This document shows, in pieces, positions 1-13,200 of a stretch of DNA of 64,000 nucleotides. Both the position numbers and the translations under genes were made by a program. Source of the DNA: the human T2T-CHM13v2.0 reference genome, Homo sapiens; the NCBI RefSeq assembly GCF_009914755.1, contig NC_060936.1. One strand, written 5' to 3'. The stretch's first letter is position 1; each line of letters opens with the position of its first letter. Under the pieces are notes generated by a model. It was given only the letters and a program-made list of their open reading frames with translations, did not search any database and was not told the origin of the DNA.

Positions 1-193
1 TTAAGTCTCTGTCCAAGAAACCTTCTTTGACTCTTTTATTCTTATTGAGATTTTCCTTCCCTTGAATTCACTCAACACCCATATTGTTACTGAGTTCACC
101 CTAGATGCCACGTGCTTCTGAAAGCATTGCTGGCAATTATAGATGGCTTGTTCTTGTATGCCTCTTCTCTCCCTAATAAAACAGTAAGGAAAG

Positions 194-453
194 AATGGAT
201 AATACCTACTATTTGATAGCACAACAGGGTGATTATAGTCAATAATAGCTTAATTGTACATTTTAAAATAACTAAAAGCATATAATTGGATAATTGGATT
301 GCTTGTAAACACAAAGGATAAATGCTTGAGGAGATGGATAACCCATTCTCCTTGATGTGATTATTTTACATTGCATGCCTGAATCAAAACATCTGATGGA
401 CCCCATAAATATATACACCTACTATATACCCACAAAAATCAAAAATTTAAAAC
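194..453 (+). mobile_element. L1MA-type (L1MA2/3-like) 3' end, 5'-truncated, with TSD
   Basis: Typical L1MA 3'UTR (TATTTGATAGCACAACAGGGTGA...CCCCATAAATATATACACCTACTAT...CCCACAAAAAT) and A-rich tail; direct repeats AAAACA(G/A)TAAGGAAAG at 178-193 and 454-469. Confidence 0.85.
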
Positions 454-630
454 AAAACAATAAGGAAAGTGGCTTCCACTTACTACAAAGGCCACCTGAT
501 TTCAAGTCCAGTATTCTGAATGAAGTTTGGGCACCAGAAATGTTGTCTGAGCATAGTCAATAAATGCTGTGTTCTGCTTTTAAATCGAGAATGCCTTTGG
601 CTGCAAGTAATGGAAAAACTACTAAGTGAC

Positions 631-1083
631 TATGGCAGAGGGAGCTAGCTAACCATTAGATATTTGGGCTCCCCTTCGATGGTATGGAGTTGTTTAGGGC
701 TTCCTAGGCAGGGATTTCACTTCTCAGCCTTCCTGCATTAACGGGGAGCTATATGTCTAGTTATAAGCCACTGGAATATGAACTGAAATGAACTATCACT
801 TCCCAACTAAGAAGATTAAGGGGGCTTTCCCCACACTCTTATCGTCTTCAGGGGTGACCTTGGAGGCCACAAATTGAAGATGACAGCAATCCCAAGGTGG
901 AAGGAGCATGACTCCCTGAGGAACCAGTTGGAGAACAGCCTCCTAGGAGAACACTCAACTCAGAAAAGCCTCACTGGATTTTGTTTGAGCAAGAAATCAA
1001 CAATTATTATGTTAAAAGACTGGAATTTGGGTTTTTTTTCTTTTTTTTTCTTTTTTTTTTTTACAGCATTTAGTCTAAGTACA
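631..1083 (+). mobile_element. MLT1J-like MaLR solo LTR nested in an MLT1K/L
   Basis: TATGGCAGA start; GGAGGCCAC..TTGAAGATG; GAGCAAGAAAT..; end TTACAGCA...AGTACA; near-TSD GTGAC (626-630) / GTGGC (1084-1088). Confidence 0.7.
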
Positions 1084-1258
1084 GTGGCCAAAACAAATAT
1101 GATATTATTTTACAGCATTTAGTCTAAGTACAGTGGCCAAAACAAATACGATATTATTTTACAGCATTTAGTCTAAGTACAGTGGCCGAAACAAATACGA
1201 TATTATTTTACAGCATTTAGTCTAAGTACAGTGGCCGAAACAAATACGATATTATTTT
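1059..1258. repeat. 49-bp minisatellite, 4 near-identical copies
   Basis: Unit TTTTACAGCATTTAGTCTAAGTACAGTGGCCRAAACAAATAYGATATTA; ACAGCATT starts at 1063, 1112, 1161 and 1210. Confidence 0.97.
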
Positions 1259-2120
1259 CTCACACAATAGAATACCTAAAGGTGGATAGTGGCTGGCATT
1301 GTTATTTACTGAAGACTTTTAAGTCTCAAACACTTCTTATGCTTTCACTTGACCACCTTTAGTTCTTTGCTTTTCATCTTGTGGCTGTTGCCTCATGATC
1401 ACAAGATGGCTACTGCTGCTCCAGGGTTTACATCATCACACCAGCAGGGGAAGGGTCAAAAGGCTAGACTTTATCATTTTAACTCGAGTGGGAACTCCTA
1501 GCCAAGTTCCCTTCCTGGATCATTTACCAGGGCTACGTCATGTTGTCAACCCTAACTGCAATAGGTGTTGGTAAAGGGACTATTCATCTCTTGCGGATTC
1601 TCTAGATGAAGACAATATCTTCTAGGCAAGATGGTGGTAAGAGAAGGGCTTTTTGGACCAGACAGCCAACACTGTCTGCCACAGATTTTATTCCAGTTTC
1701 CAACCATTTTATTTATAAAATGACCAAATCAGGTTAGAATTTCTTCTAACAAGATAGGTGACACTCATGCTCCCATTTCCCTCTTGCTTTTTCCTGGTCT
1801 TCTTTCTCCAGAATTCTTCAGAATCGTTCTCAATACACCACTCCCAGGAATCCTTGGCTCTCCATTTAAGTAGGCTCTCCATGTGAAATTGATTTGTCAC
1901 CGTTGGGCTAATTAGATGATACCCAGGTTCTCTTTCAGTTCTAATATTCTCTAATTTTCTCTCTCTTTCTCTCTCTCTCTTTTTTTAAAATCAGTTGCCC
2001 TCCTGATGTTGCTACAATGCTATAAATGACAAGCAAATCAGCAATATGTGCGTAGAGGCGCTCTCCTTACCAAAATATCCAGAATGAGTGATTTAAGGCT
2101 AATAAACGAACTAATCTTAC

Positions 2121-2268
2121 AATCTGAATCTGATCTTTAGCAACAGTCCCTTTTCATAAAGGTAACAGTTATCTCTTGCAAATATGGACATAAGCAGTGA
2201 CTCCTTTACTTCTAATAGTCTAGTTTGAAGGGTCTTGGGCCGAGCAGATAGTGACCTGGATGGAAGTT
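2121..2268 (-). other. Candidate exon of an unknown (possibly non-coding) transcript
   Basis: Minus-strand acceptor TTTTTACTTCTCTCTTTGTCAG and donor ATT/GTAAGA; non-repetitive; one frame open, but the peptide is not recognised. Confidence 0.25.
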
Positions 2269-2489
2269 CTGACAAAGAGAGAAGTAAAAATTTGCTAACT
2301 ATTTGTAGCCTGTTGATGAAAATACCCAGAGAGGATGCAGAAATGTCTTCAACTCTCTGAAGGTTCTTCTTATAGAGAAGGGCATGGAACGTTTCCATTT
2401 GCCTCTGAGAGTAGAACTAAGACTGAGGTTGGCAGCACTATGACAGCAGAGATTGAAAATCATTGGTGTGGGGGCCACGTTCACCTCCC

Positions 2490-3045
2490 AGAAAATATTT
2501 AGAATGTTTGGTTTGGCCTGTACAGTCTTTAAGACACGTTTAAGATAAAGCTAACATCAAAACTTTAAAATTGTACATAAAAATAAAGATTTCCATTGTC
2601 TCTTAAAAATTAAGCAGATTGGAAATCCCATCCTTTGGAAGAGCAACTGTGGCTGCCACCCTAGGTTCTGCACTTGGGATTGGAAAGAGGCACTCCATCG
2701 AGGGAGGTGGTTGCACCTTACTCCTCTTTTCAGAATACCATTAAAATCCAGTTTTTAATTTTAGTATTTAACAATACCCCAAATAGCCTCCTTTCAAGTG
2801 TGATTCTTTTGTGTACTCCACACAAGTTAAACTACCCTAGGTCCAAGGAAAGCGCTGGATCTGTTAACTCTGGGCCCATATTTCTGCAGGGCAATAATCT
2901 ATTGGTGTGAATAGCAGATGCCTGCTTTGGAAAGGCATCTCTTTAGAAGTTAACTACCCTCCTCCATGACGCCTTGCCTTTACCAGGCCCAGGTCATTCA
3001 CTTATGTTACCTCTCTCTGTATGTGCCTCAGTTTTTGACCTCTGC
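2490..3045. mobile_element. MER102-like hAT-Charlie DNA transposon relic
   Basis: AAAATTGTACATAAAAAT..GATTTCC..TCTCTTAAAAA; CTGGGCCCATATTTC..GGCAATAATC; TCACTTATGTTACCT..TTTTGACCTCTG. Confidence 0.55.
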
Positions 3046-3049
3046 TACA

Positions 3050-3270
3050 GGGAAATAGATATGGGCTTCATATAAGGGAAAATGAATTGTTAACTATCTG
3101 AAATTTCAAACAATGCAAAAGCTTTAACATGAGATAGTGAGTTTTCCTAATACCAGAGGCATTCAAAGAGAAGTGGGATCACCACTCATAAAAGGAGAAT
3201 CAATGTGAATTGGGTGCTGGCTTAGAAGATATTCTTTGGAGGCCCCCTTCCTTTCATGCCTAAATGGCAC
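3050..3270 (+). mobile_element. L3/CR1 LINE relic
   Basis: GAGATAGTGAGTTTTCCTAATACCAGAGGCATTCAAAGAGAAG resembles the CR1/L3 3' region. Confidence 0.45.
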
Positions 3271-4690
3271 CATTCTATGAATAATTGGTAGCAAAAGCAA
3301 AGCAGGACTTGTTCAAGGAGGCGCAGGCAGGAAGAGGTCTGAGAGCTCAAAGAAAGTAATTGGCATGTTATTCCAAGGTTGGATCCAAAGCAATCTGGCA
3401 GCTTTATCCAAAGCAGGAAGAAAAATGTTAGTGCACACTAGACTTGAAAAATAATCAACACTTATTCCAGGAAAAAATAGTTTCTTTCAGTTGCTCAGGG
3501 CTGTGTGGTTTGAAGTGCACTTTTACAACATTATCTTGGTCCATCTTTGTAACTCCATGATTGAAGAGCCACACGGGTAACAGTAATCCAATTATATAGA
3601 TTGGAAAACTGAGGTCCAGGGAAATCATCACTTACACTCAGTAGCCAGGGCCTCTATTTAGGTGTCATCTTTCTTTGGCTTTTACTCTTCCAGCTTTATC
3701 TCAAATCACAAATCCTAGTCATAAAATCAAAGAAGAGTGTTTAGGGAATCATCTGCCACAAGCCCCCTTCCTAATGCTGTCACATCCAGGGGATCTGCTG
3801 ATAATCTGCCAAGAAGAGCAGCCAGTGCACACAGGTCATTCCATCTGTCTCACTTAGATCTTTCCTCAACAAAAGCCTGATTCTTCTTCCATTTTTGAGA
3901 GGACAGACAGGTGGTCGCCATCTTCCCCAGGACGGCCCCTCATAGACCTGAAGCCTGTTACGAAGCTGGCTCTTCATCTTTTTCATCTCCAGACAAAATA
4001 ATTGAATTAACCTTTCCCCCAAATGACAAATACCGTCTTGAATATCAAACACCCTTTTCATATAAATGGAGAATTCCAGAGTGGCCCATTTAACAAATGC
4101 CTCTTCTTTAAAAGCTCCTCTTCCCAAAAGCAGGAAGGCTATTAGCAAGCTAGCTCTTCAAGTAGCCCATTAGTGGCCTGAAGGAATCTGCAAGAAATAC
4201 AATTAGACCTCTGACCCCAGATCCCAGCGAGTGCTTTGAAGAGAAGAGAACGATCAAGCCTCAAAGCTGGTCAGTCTGTGCGGCTCACTCTGGACCCTGG
4301 GTGTGGGCCCCAGTTGCTCCCCTAGAAGAGTAAAGAGTCAGGGTCCCGGATTCCCTTGGGAACCTCCTTCTGCTCTCTGGCCTCATCCCATTTCACATAC
4401 CAAAGTCTTTTGCTGGCAGCACCCTGAGGACATTACATTTGCTTGACTATAATTCTCGTAGCACAAATACATTGCTTCTTTTTCTCCATGGGAGGGGCTT
4501 GAGAACTTAAACTATTGTGACCCAAACTATTTTTCAACTGGCCTATACTAGTTCAACAATTACACTTCTGAGCTTCAATCTCCTTTAATATAAAAGAGAA
4601 CAATCATTACCATATATTCAAATGGGTATTGTGAGACTCACAGGAAATGAAGTCTATGGAAAGCTTTTGTAAACTGTGATGTGTTGGTAA

Positions 4691-5044
<354 letters not shown>

Positions 5045-5729
5045 TAAATGTCTCCTAGCCCAGCAGCTTCTCCAGGGGAAGAAAGAGACAACGTCTTGTT
5101 AAATTTGGCCCAAACTAGGCTGCTAGTGAAAAGGCCAGGCTGAGCAGCTCAGTCGGGAGCTTGTTGTATAGCTCTCTTTTGTTCTGGCACACCTGCCAGT
5201 CTGACATCTGACATCAGTGTAAATAAGCCTCCCATAGGAATTGCTTTTATCATTGCACCTGTCTGTTCCAACTTACTTGCTATGATCACAGCCCACAGCT
5301 CTTGACGGCTGTGCACAGTCAGAAGGCACAAAAGAAAGCCTTTCCCTGGGGCCCATTTGTCTCTGCACTGTGCCCCAGTGGCTGCTTATCTATAAGTGGG
5401 TATTTTGACACTCCCAACCTGCCTATCCATCTCAGGCCTCCTCCGAGTTACTCAGAGTCTGATGTCTGAACCAGAGGTTAATTTATTATTTTTTTCTTTC
5501 ATTGCCTGGTCTGGAAGTGGGTGTTTACCTCTATGAAATATTCAGGCAAGGTCCTATATCGATTTATAATAGACCTTTGTAATTAAAAAGATAATTTTTT
5601 ATTGATAAGTCAAGCCAGGCATAGATACATATCTCTTTCTAAATACAAGTAAACAGAGAAAAATCTACTGATGCCTGTGATAAACTGATAGATTCCCATT
5701 CTTCACCTTAATTCTTTAGACTTCCTTCA

Positions 5730-6137
5730 TGTGTGGCTTTGGGGTTTTCCCTATAAAGGCAGGGCATACTTCCCTACCCCATGCAACTTGCTTTGGCCGA
5801 AACATTGAGGCAAAAGTGAGGGTGTGTCTAGGCCTCAAGAGGCCTTGTATGTTTACGCTGGACCTCTTTGGGCTTCTGCCATTGCCAGGTAAAGGACAGT
5901 CTGGGCTAATTGGTGGGTTAGGAGGGGTATGAGAGATACCTAAAGCACAGCTGTTGCAGTCCAGCAGCCCCAAACAGACCCCGCTCTGCTGAGTCCACTA
6001 GTCACCTGCAGACATCTGAGAGCTTGCCAAGATCAGCCAATCACCAGATAACCCACAGACACATAATAATAAGTGACTGTCATTTTAAGCTATTGGGTTT
6101 TGGGGTTATTTGTCACATGGCAATTGCTCATTGAAAC
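5730..6137 (+). mobile_element. MLT1G/H-like MaLR LTR
   Basis: CAACTTGCTTTGGCC; CTAGGCCTCAAGAGGCCTTG; end TTTTAAGCTATTGGGTTTTGGGGTTATTTGTCAC..GCAAT..GAAACA. Confidence 0.7.
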
Positions 6138-7309
6138 ACTGCCAATGACAGATACCTGGAGGAGTCAAAGGATTCATCTCTCTCTGGAATAAACTTGATG
6201 TTAAAAGAAGAAATTTTTTAAAATGACTTATACTTTGTTCTTATTACCGAAAATTAATTATTCATAGAACACTTAGAAAATATAAATAAGAAAAAGAGAA
6301 GAAAATAAAAATCAGCCAACATCTTTTTCCCAAGAAAATTGACATCCATGAATGTTTTGGTTTTTCATATTACCTCAAAAACAAATGGATTCATAACTTC
6401 CATGTTTAAAAATAATATCAATTAATCAAAAAGTAAAACATTAGTAAATTTGAGCAAACAAAAATGTAATATGTCTGCATGTTTGAAGGAAATACTAGAA
6501 AACAAAGAGCAAGAAAAGTGCAGGCATATTTGTAACACATATGACAAAGTGTTGCTGTCTTTGGAGCCTGAAGAGTTCCTATACATTGATAAGAAGAATG
6601 TCTGATCCTAAAGCTAGATAGCCAAGGACCCATGCAAAACTGACTGAAAGAGAAGTACAACCAAGAAACATTATGTGAGAAAACGTTCAGCCTTATCATC
6701 AAACAAGGAATGCAAATTAAAGTGACATTAAAATATTACTTTACTTTTGACATTACAAAACAACATTTAAATCATGCTTAGGGGGAAAGGTGGTTGAGTA
6801 CAATAAATATAAACACGATTGGTAAAATGGTAAATATGCAACCCATTCAGGAAATAAATATGGCAATTTGGTTTTTACATTTAATATTAAGTAAAAAAAA
6901 CCCCACTAAATTATCTACATAAAGTAGCTTATGTACAGTAAAAATCTTGAAATAAATAACATCAAAATGCTTATAAAAGTTTGTTTAGTTTTGCATGATT
7001 GCAACTATGAACTGCTTTGTAGTTTGTTTTCATCTTTTTCTTAAGCCCAAATTTTCTTAAGAAAAATACTCAAGAAATGTTATCTTTAAGCCATGAAACC
7101 TCTAAGCATATACTTCATATTAACCTTTTGAGTGTGGACCTGGGTAGCATGGCTCTTAATGCTATGGTCAGTAAAAGTCAAGGTTTGCTGGCAAACCCCT
7201 CCCTAGACAGTGCTTGCATCATGTCACACAATGGTACCTGGAAATTAAATTACTTTCCTAAAATGTATTCTCCCACTCTGCCCCCTGGATTTGGTCCTCA
7301 GCTGTTTGC

Positions 7310-7690
7310 TCCTTGTCCTGGCAAGCGTTCAGCAGAGCCTAAGATGGGGATTCTTGTGAAAAACATTTATTGAGGAACTGCTCTTGTGAGGAAGGGATGA
7401 GGGAAGCAAGGCAAGGCAGGGGAAGGAAGCTAAGGGAAGATGGGCTCCTGACTGAAGATTGGCTTCAGGCTGGTCCCCCAGGAGCTTGGAAGCATGATCT
7501 CCAGCATTGCAACTCTGGGCCCAGCTTGCATTATTCTGGCGGTCCTTCAGTGGTAGGCATCCCCTATCTGATCAAGGTCCAGTCTCCAGAGAAGGAGATA
7601 GCTGAGGTGTGCTAGCAGCCTCATGCACACCCACAGAAGGGAAGGGAAAGGGGACCTGGGGGAACACCAACCTCAACACTGCAGCACCTC
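7310..7690 (-). mobile_element. LTR16-like ERVL LTR
   Basis: CAGCAGAGCCTAAGATGGGGATTCTTGTG..TTTATTGAGG..GAGGGAAGCAAGG..GGGAAGGAAG pattern. Confidence 0.5.
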
Positions 7691-9214
7691 CCTCCAATAT
7701 TCCCTGTGGCCTAGGCATCACTGACCTTGGCCTTCTTGGATCTGGACCACATTCAGGGATGCACTCTTTTTCTTTCTTTCTTGGCTCTTCATCATCTTCT
7801 GCCCACTTCCCTCTGACCCAAAGTATGATAGTGAGGACATCTTACAAGAATGCAGGCATAGACAAAACCAGGACTACATGGTTCAGCAATTGAGCACATG
7901 CAATTCGTTTGAAGATGTGGACTGTGTTCACCACAGAGAGGCCCAGACCAGAGGGATGTGGTGGGATGGGTCATGAGCCTTAACGCAGTCTGAGTGTCCT
8001 CACTTATACTTGAGCTTAATGCAAGGGTCTCTAAAGGCTGCCATCCCCAAACCTGCTACCATCTCACCAGGAAAGTGACAGCAGCTACACTGGCTAAATA
8101 GAATAGGTAAATGTTATTTGCAAAAGCATGCAAAGACTAGAAAAGAGCTGGTGAGTTAGATATCTGAGTTCTCTAGCCATCTATCATCTCTCCCAAGTGC
8201 CACCATCTAATGATCTGTGAATATTTACTGAGGACAGAAAGGAGAGGGGGAAAGGAGAATGTTCTAAGTCAATCAGTCATGAATGAAGATGAAGCCATGG
8301 ATGCACACTGCGTGTTCTACAAACTTTGCCTGGGGGCAAGGAGCATCCAGTCAACAGGAGATATCATTTTTGGAATCTCCTTAGAGTTTAGAATTTATCC
8401 TGCAATTAACTGGAAACTTCTGATGATGTAGACAGGACCATGTGAGATAGAGCACTAGAAGCCACAGTACAGGTATGTTCTTAGGAATGTGTTTGCCAAA
8501 TTTAAAAAATCCAAACATTTTAAACTTATGCCTTAGCCTGTCAATAGAGGCCCTTCAATATCTGATGCCAGATTACCTTTCTACCTCCTTACCCATCATG
8601 TTCTGCTCCCTGACTCTAACTCCAGGTATACTGTTTCTTCTGCCCTGAAAGAGTTCCCTATTCATCATAAATTCCTTCTCATCTGAAAACCCTGATAAAA
8701 AGCACATCTACAAAAATCAAACACCCCATTTCTTGATCCTTTAACTGCAGTAGTATAACTCATTTTACATTGTATTCATTGATCTTGTTAGGAAAATATC
8801 TCCCCCATTAGATTGGAAGCCATGAGAGTTGTCTTATTTATATTTGGATTCTCAACTGGCAGTATATATTTATTAAATAAATGAATGAATACATGAAATG
8901 AAAAATTGTTTTCCTTCTATAACGCCTCTTCCAGAAAATTCTTTCGTTCTGTTTTATACCTTGCCCTGCCACATGCATACATCGTGTGCCCTTTCGCTGT
9001 TGTGTCTTCCTTTCTCTGGGTTCCAATGTGCTGAATCTACCTGATATTTTTAGTCTTGAATTCTAAAGTCTAGCTACTGCTTGACTTGCCAGGTGAGCCC
9101 AGTGGGAATGCTATTCACGAGGGTTTTTGCTGGGCTATAGGGCACTAGACCTGCAGTTCTCCAGGCAGAGTTTCTGTAATCATGGCAATGATGCAATTAC
9201 TGGTATCATTAATA

Positions 9215-9475
9215 ATATTCATAATGTTTGGTGAATCCTTTATGACTCGCATTGTGCTAGGTGCTCCACATGTATTTTCTCATTTAATAACTCTAGATAA
9301 CACTCTAGAAGTAGTGTTATCATTATCCCTATTTTCCAGATAGGTTTTGATAGGTTTGGTAACTTGCCCAAGGTCAAAAGCCTAGGCCAAAAAAAGCAGA
9401 AGCTAGTCAAATAACAGAGCAAAACTTTGAATCCAAATCCAAAAGACAGTAGCACTCAAATCTTTAACCACTTCC
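9215..9475. mobile_element. MIR SINE
   Basis: TATCCCTATTTTCCAGAT..GGTAACTTGCCCAAGGTCA core and flanks. Confidence 0.75.
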
Positions 9476-10014
9476 AGTCCCTGTAACCATCACTGACATG
9501 TTCAAAAAGCTTCCCAGATATCACCATGATGATGGTGCTTAACATAAGTTATTGCATTTAACCCTTCGAGGAAGCACAATAGGACAGAGAGGCTGAATTG
9601 TGGTGCAGGTGGCAGCCAAAGGGGGAAGCTGGAGAAATGGAGTTGAGTGTCAGGTACAGGGGGACACCTTGGACCACCAGAGGATGGTATAACTGCAGGA
9701 CCCGAGGCTAAGAAGCTTGGAACAGGCTGGGATGTGAGACATAGGATGAGTTGGGGTGAGTAGTTTGGGATTAGATCAAGACAACTCCAAGAGTGTTGGA
9801 ACCCACCTTCATGTATTATTGGGTGTGTGTGGAAGGAAGATGGATAAATTCAAAGAGCCAGGCTGCACCAGCACTACAGGAACATCTCTTGCCAAATCCA
9901 CTTGTCATGTTCTTTCCTTTCCAGGCTTGATGCATAGTACACACCCTCACTGTAAATTCTTCCCTTACACAAGACCTGCATGGAAGGGGCGTGGGGGTAG
10001 AGCAGATCCAACAC

Positions 10015-10225
10015 TGACTTGGGGTTCAGAAGGCCCTAAGTTCTTTCCTGGCTCAGTGCCCTGCCAGCTGTGGCATCTTTGAAAATAAACTCTCTGAACC
10101 CTGATTCCTTCTGTTGTCAGTGGAGAAAATGATACCTACTGCATAGGTTGGTTAAGGGACTGAATGAGGTACCTTATAGGAAGCATTTAGCAAAATCTGC
10201 ACACAGTAGGCATTAATAAGTGTTA
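10015..10225. mobile_element. MIR SINE
   Basis: CTCTCTGAACC..TTCCTTCTG..AATGATACCTACTGCATAGG..CACACAGTAGGCATTAATAA. Confidence 0.65.
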
Positions 10226-13200
10226 ACCCCCTTCTCCAACTATCCTTCTATAACTCCCTTCTTAATTTTGTCATCCAGTTGTTTCATGTACTGGGTTTTA
10301 CGTCTCCAACTAAGTGGTGAATTCCTTCAGGGCAAGGGTTATGTCTTTTACTGTCTTGGTTTCTTCATTCAGTCATTCAACATGTACAATTTACTTGCAG
10401 TTGATATTATGGCTTTGAGCACTTGGGAGAAAAAATGAATACAAATGGTTGTTTTTCTTTAAAAAAAAGATCCTGCACGGGCAATCTATGTGTGAGGCTA
10501 TGTCAAATTCAGTATATACATCAGGAAAAAAATGTTGCCTGGTAAAGGCCAATAAGCATGTGACATTGTCAGACGCTGGGTCAGCACACTGAATAGTTCA
10601 AAGGAGTTATTCCCAGAAGATTTCTCACTTCCTTCCCTCAGTTATTGAATACATTGCCTTAACCTCTACCCTTAGCATCAATCATCTTTGCTTTTTACAC
10701 ATTTTAGAGTAATAAATAGTTCAATCAGTTTCATATATTGGCTTCTCATGTTTTAAAATTTAAAAAATGTTTTCCAATTACAAAGGCAATTCATGTTCAC
10801 TTATGAAAACATTTTAATAAAAAATGAGAAAAAAAGAAGATGTGTTGAAAATCATTTCTAATTTCACCATCTAGGGGTACCCATTGCTAATATTTTGATA
10901 GAAATCCTTCAGATTTTTATAATATGTGTGGAGATATATTATAAATGCTTAATAGAATTACTATATGTAATGTCAGTCTTTCATCATTCTAATTTCCACT
11001 TTGGATTTCATCCATCTCTATTTGTTTATCTGAAAACAAAGAGAAGAAGAATGTTTCTATTAAAGTGAAGCCCAGGATGGCAGTGTTTATGTGACTTGAG
11101 TTCTTGGCTAAAGCTGTGTTAGCAAGTGTACATCCTGTGTACAGAGAGGAAGGTGTGTGTGGACTTTAAACCATTCCCCAGGTATGGTTCCATGGCTTTT
11201 CCAGCCTAGCTCATTCTTATTTCTTTCTCCCTCTTGTCCTCACTCTTGGCAGTTTCTTCTCTGGTGGCCTGCTAAGAGTTACAAGTTCATTAGCAGCATC
11301 AACTCAAAGAGAGATCAAATCTGTGGAGACCCTTGCTCTTTGAGCACCTTGCCTGCAGCCCTTAAGCTGACATGCACTGCAGATGGCCCGAGCTGGGTGG
11401 AGGGCATACTGTACAGAAGGAGGATACAAGCCAAGGACATTGTGTTCTGTCTCTAATCAAACCCCATTAAGTGGCAAATTCCTCTATTCAAAAGTTTTCA
11501 TAGGATGGTACTTTCAAAAGAACTCCAGCTGGTTAAACTTAGGGCCTGAAATAAATCCAGTCTAATAATTCGATCTGGCTCTGGGCCTGCCACATCCTTT
11601 CGATGGAAGAACTCAATGCATTTTCATTCATTAGGGGCCTCCTCTCAATGTTGACTCAGAGGTAGGCCACAAAATTCTTTGCTTGTGTTGGCCTTGAGAG
11701 GACTGGGTCACTTAATGAAACAAGTAGCTTCCAGTGTGTCCCTGGCTGTTAACGCAACCTCCTCATGCTTGCTGGTGCATTTTCAGAGCTTGATTGTGCA
11801 AGAAATATTGCTATTTTTGTAAATGGTTTGGCCTCTGCAGTCATTAACCTGGCATTTCTCCCCCGTGGAGGGGAAACATCATGTGTCCATTGATTCCTTC
11901 TTTTGTTTGTAAGCTGTTTGCAAAAGAAAGCCCTCAAAAAAAGTCCTTTCTCCCTGCATCTTGTCATTAGTACCAACATGGAATTTCTTCTAGTTACTTT
12001 TATCAACTTACTAAGTAATATTTTTCAGAATATTTAGCAGTATTTTCCTGGTTCTTTCAAGTCTCTTGGCTGCTGGAGTACATCGCTAGTCCTTGATCCT
12101 TTTATTGCTTAGTTCCATTCACAATTACAAGTCAGCAAATGTTTCAGAAATGCCTTCAGTGGGCAGAGACTCTGCCAGGTACTTGGGGTGAAGGGAGGTA
12201 GAAAGAAATTTCCAATTTCACAGATTAAAAAGTTGACCACACCAAGCCCTTCCTCCACTCCTCTAGGCTGAATCCTTGGCCCCCTCCTACACTTGTACCT
12301 TGATTATGATCCTTAGTGATCTCCTTCTAGGAGCTGGGTATGGCAGGCTTTCCATGTAGTAATCTCAAGCCTCCCAACTTAACAGCAAAATAGTACATTT
12401 TGATGCCATGATTACATACAGAGGGCCCAGACTAAAAATGGATAGGTTCAAATCCAAGCTCTACAATGTTTCCCAGTTACATAAATTTGTTGTGCCGCAG
12501 TTAACCCCTTTGGAAACTATAATAGCCCCTTCCTCACAGGGGCATTGTGAGGATTAAATGACATAAGGAATGTCAGGCCTCAGTGCACTTGGGACACCTA
12601 GAAGACTCATCATCAATTTTGCTATTTATTGTTGTTGTTGTTAGTGATGTGTTAAAACAGGAAAATTTAATGAATGTTTGGGATTGCAGAGCAGGAAGGT
12701 GGCTGGCCACTCCCCCAGCCCCAGAAGGCCCTGGAAGCTGGCTGGGGATAGAATTAAGAACACAGCTGAAATTAAAACCAACGGTCCCTTTTCTGCCCTC
12801 ATGTCCCCCGGCTTTCTCTCAGTTTCTTGTCATTTTCCTGAAACCTCAATGGCCTGGAAAATGAGACCACGAAGGAGATCAGGGTGAGGAAGAGGGAGAG
12901 GCCACAAGGACCCCAAGTTGGAGGGAGAATGTTAATAGAAATGGTCTCTGCAGGTTGAGTCCGTCAAGCTCGGTGTGTTTGTATTAACTCCATGAATGCT
13001 TCTAAGTCAGCTTGCCATACAATTGCTAGCCTGCTCTATTAGAAGGGGGCTTTCCTGATGTTGACTTCAATTCTCTAGGCCATAGAAGTCAGGAAAGCTA
13101 AAAATGGAAACTGGCCAATCATTCATCCCCCAGGGCTGGGACCTCAGCGCTTTCTCGTCGGCTCTTCCTCTTTCACAGGGAACCACAAGGAGAAAAATCT

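Larger units (their letters stand above)
575..1683 (-). mobile_element. MLT1K/L-like MaLR LTR, interrupted by an MLT1J and a VNTR
   Basis: Start GAATGCCTTTGGCTGCAAGTAA..GAAAA; later GCCTCATGATCACAAGATGGCTACTGC..CTCCAG; end CAACACTGTCTGCCACA. Confidence 0.65.

Noticed and set aside
1059-1258. CRISPR-like array
   Set aside because: Head-to-tail tandem units with no unique spacers, in eukaryotic DNA
3780-4148. 122-aa minus-strand ORF as an exon
   Set aside because: No convincing acceptor and no recognisable protein
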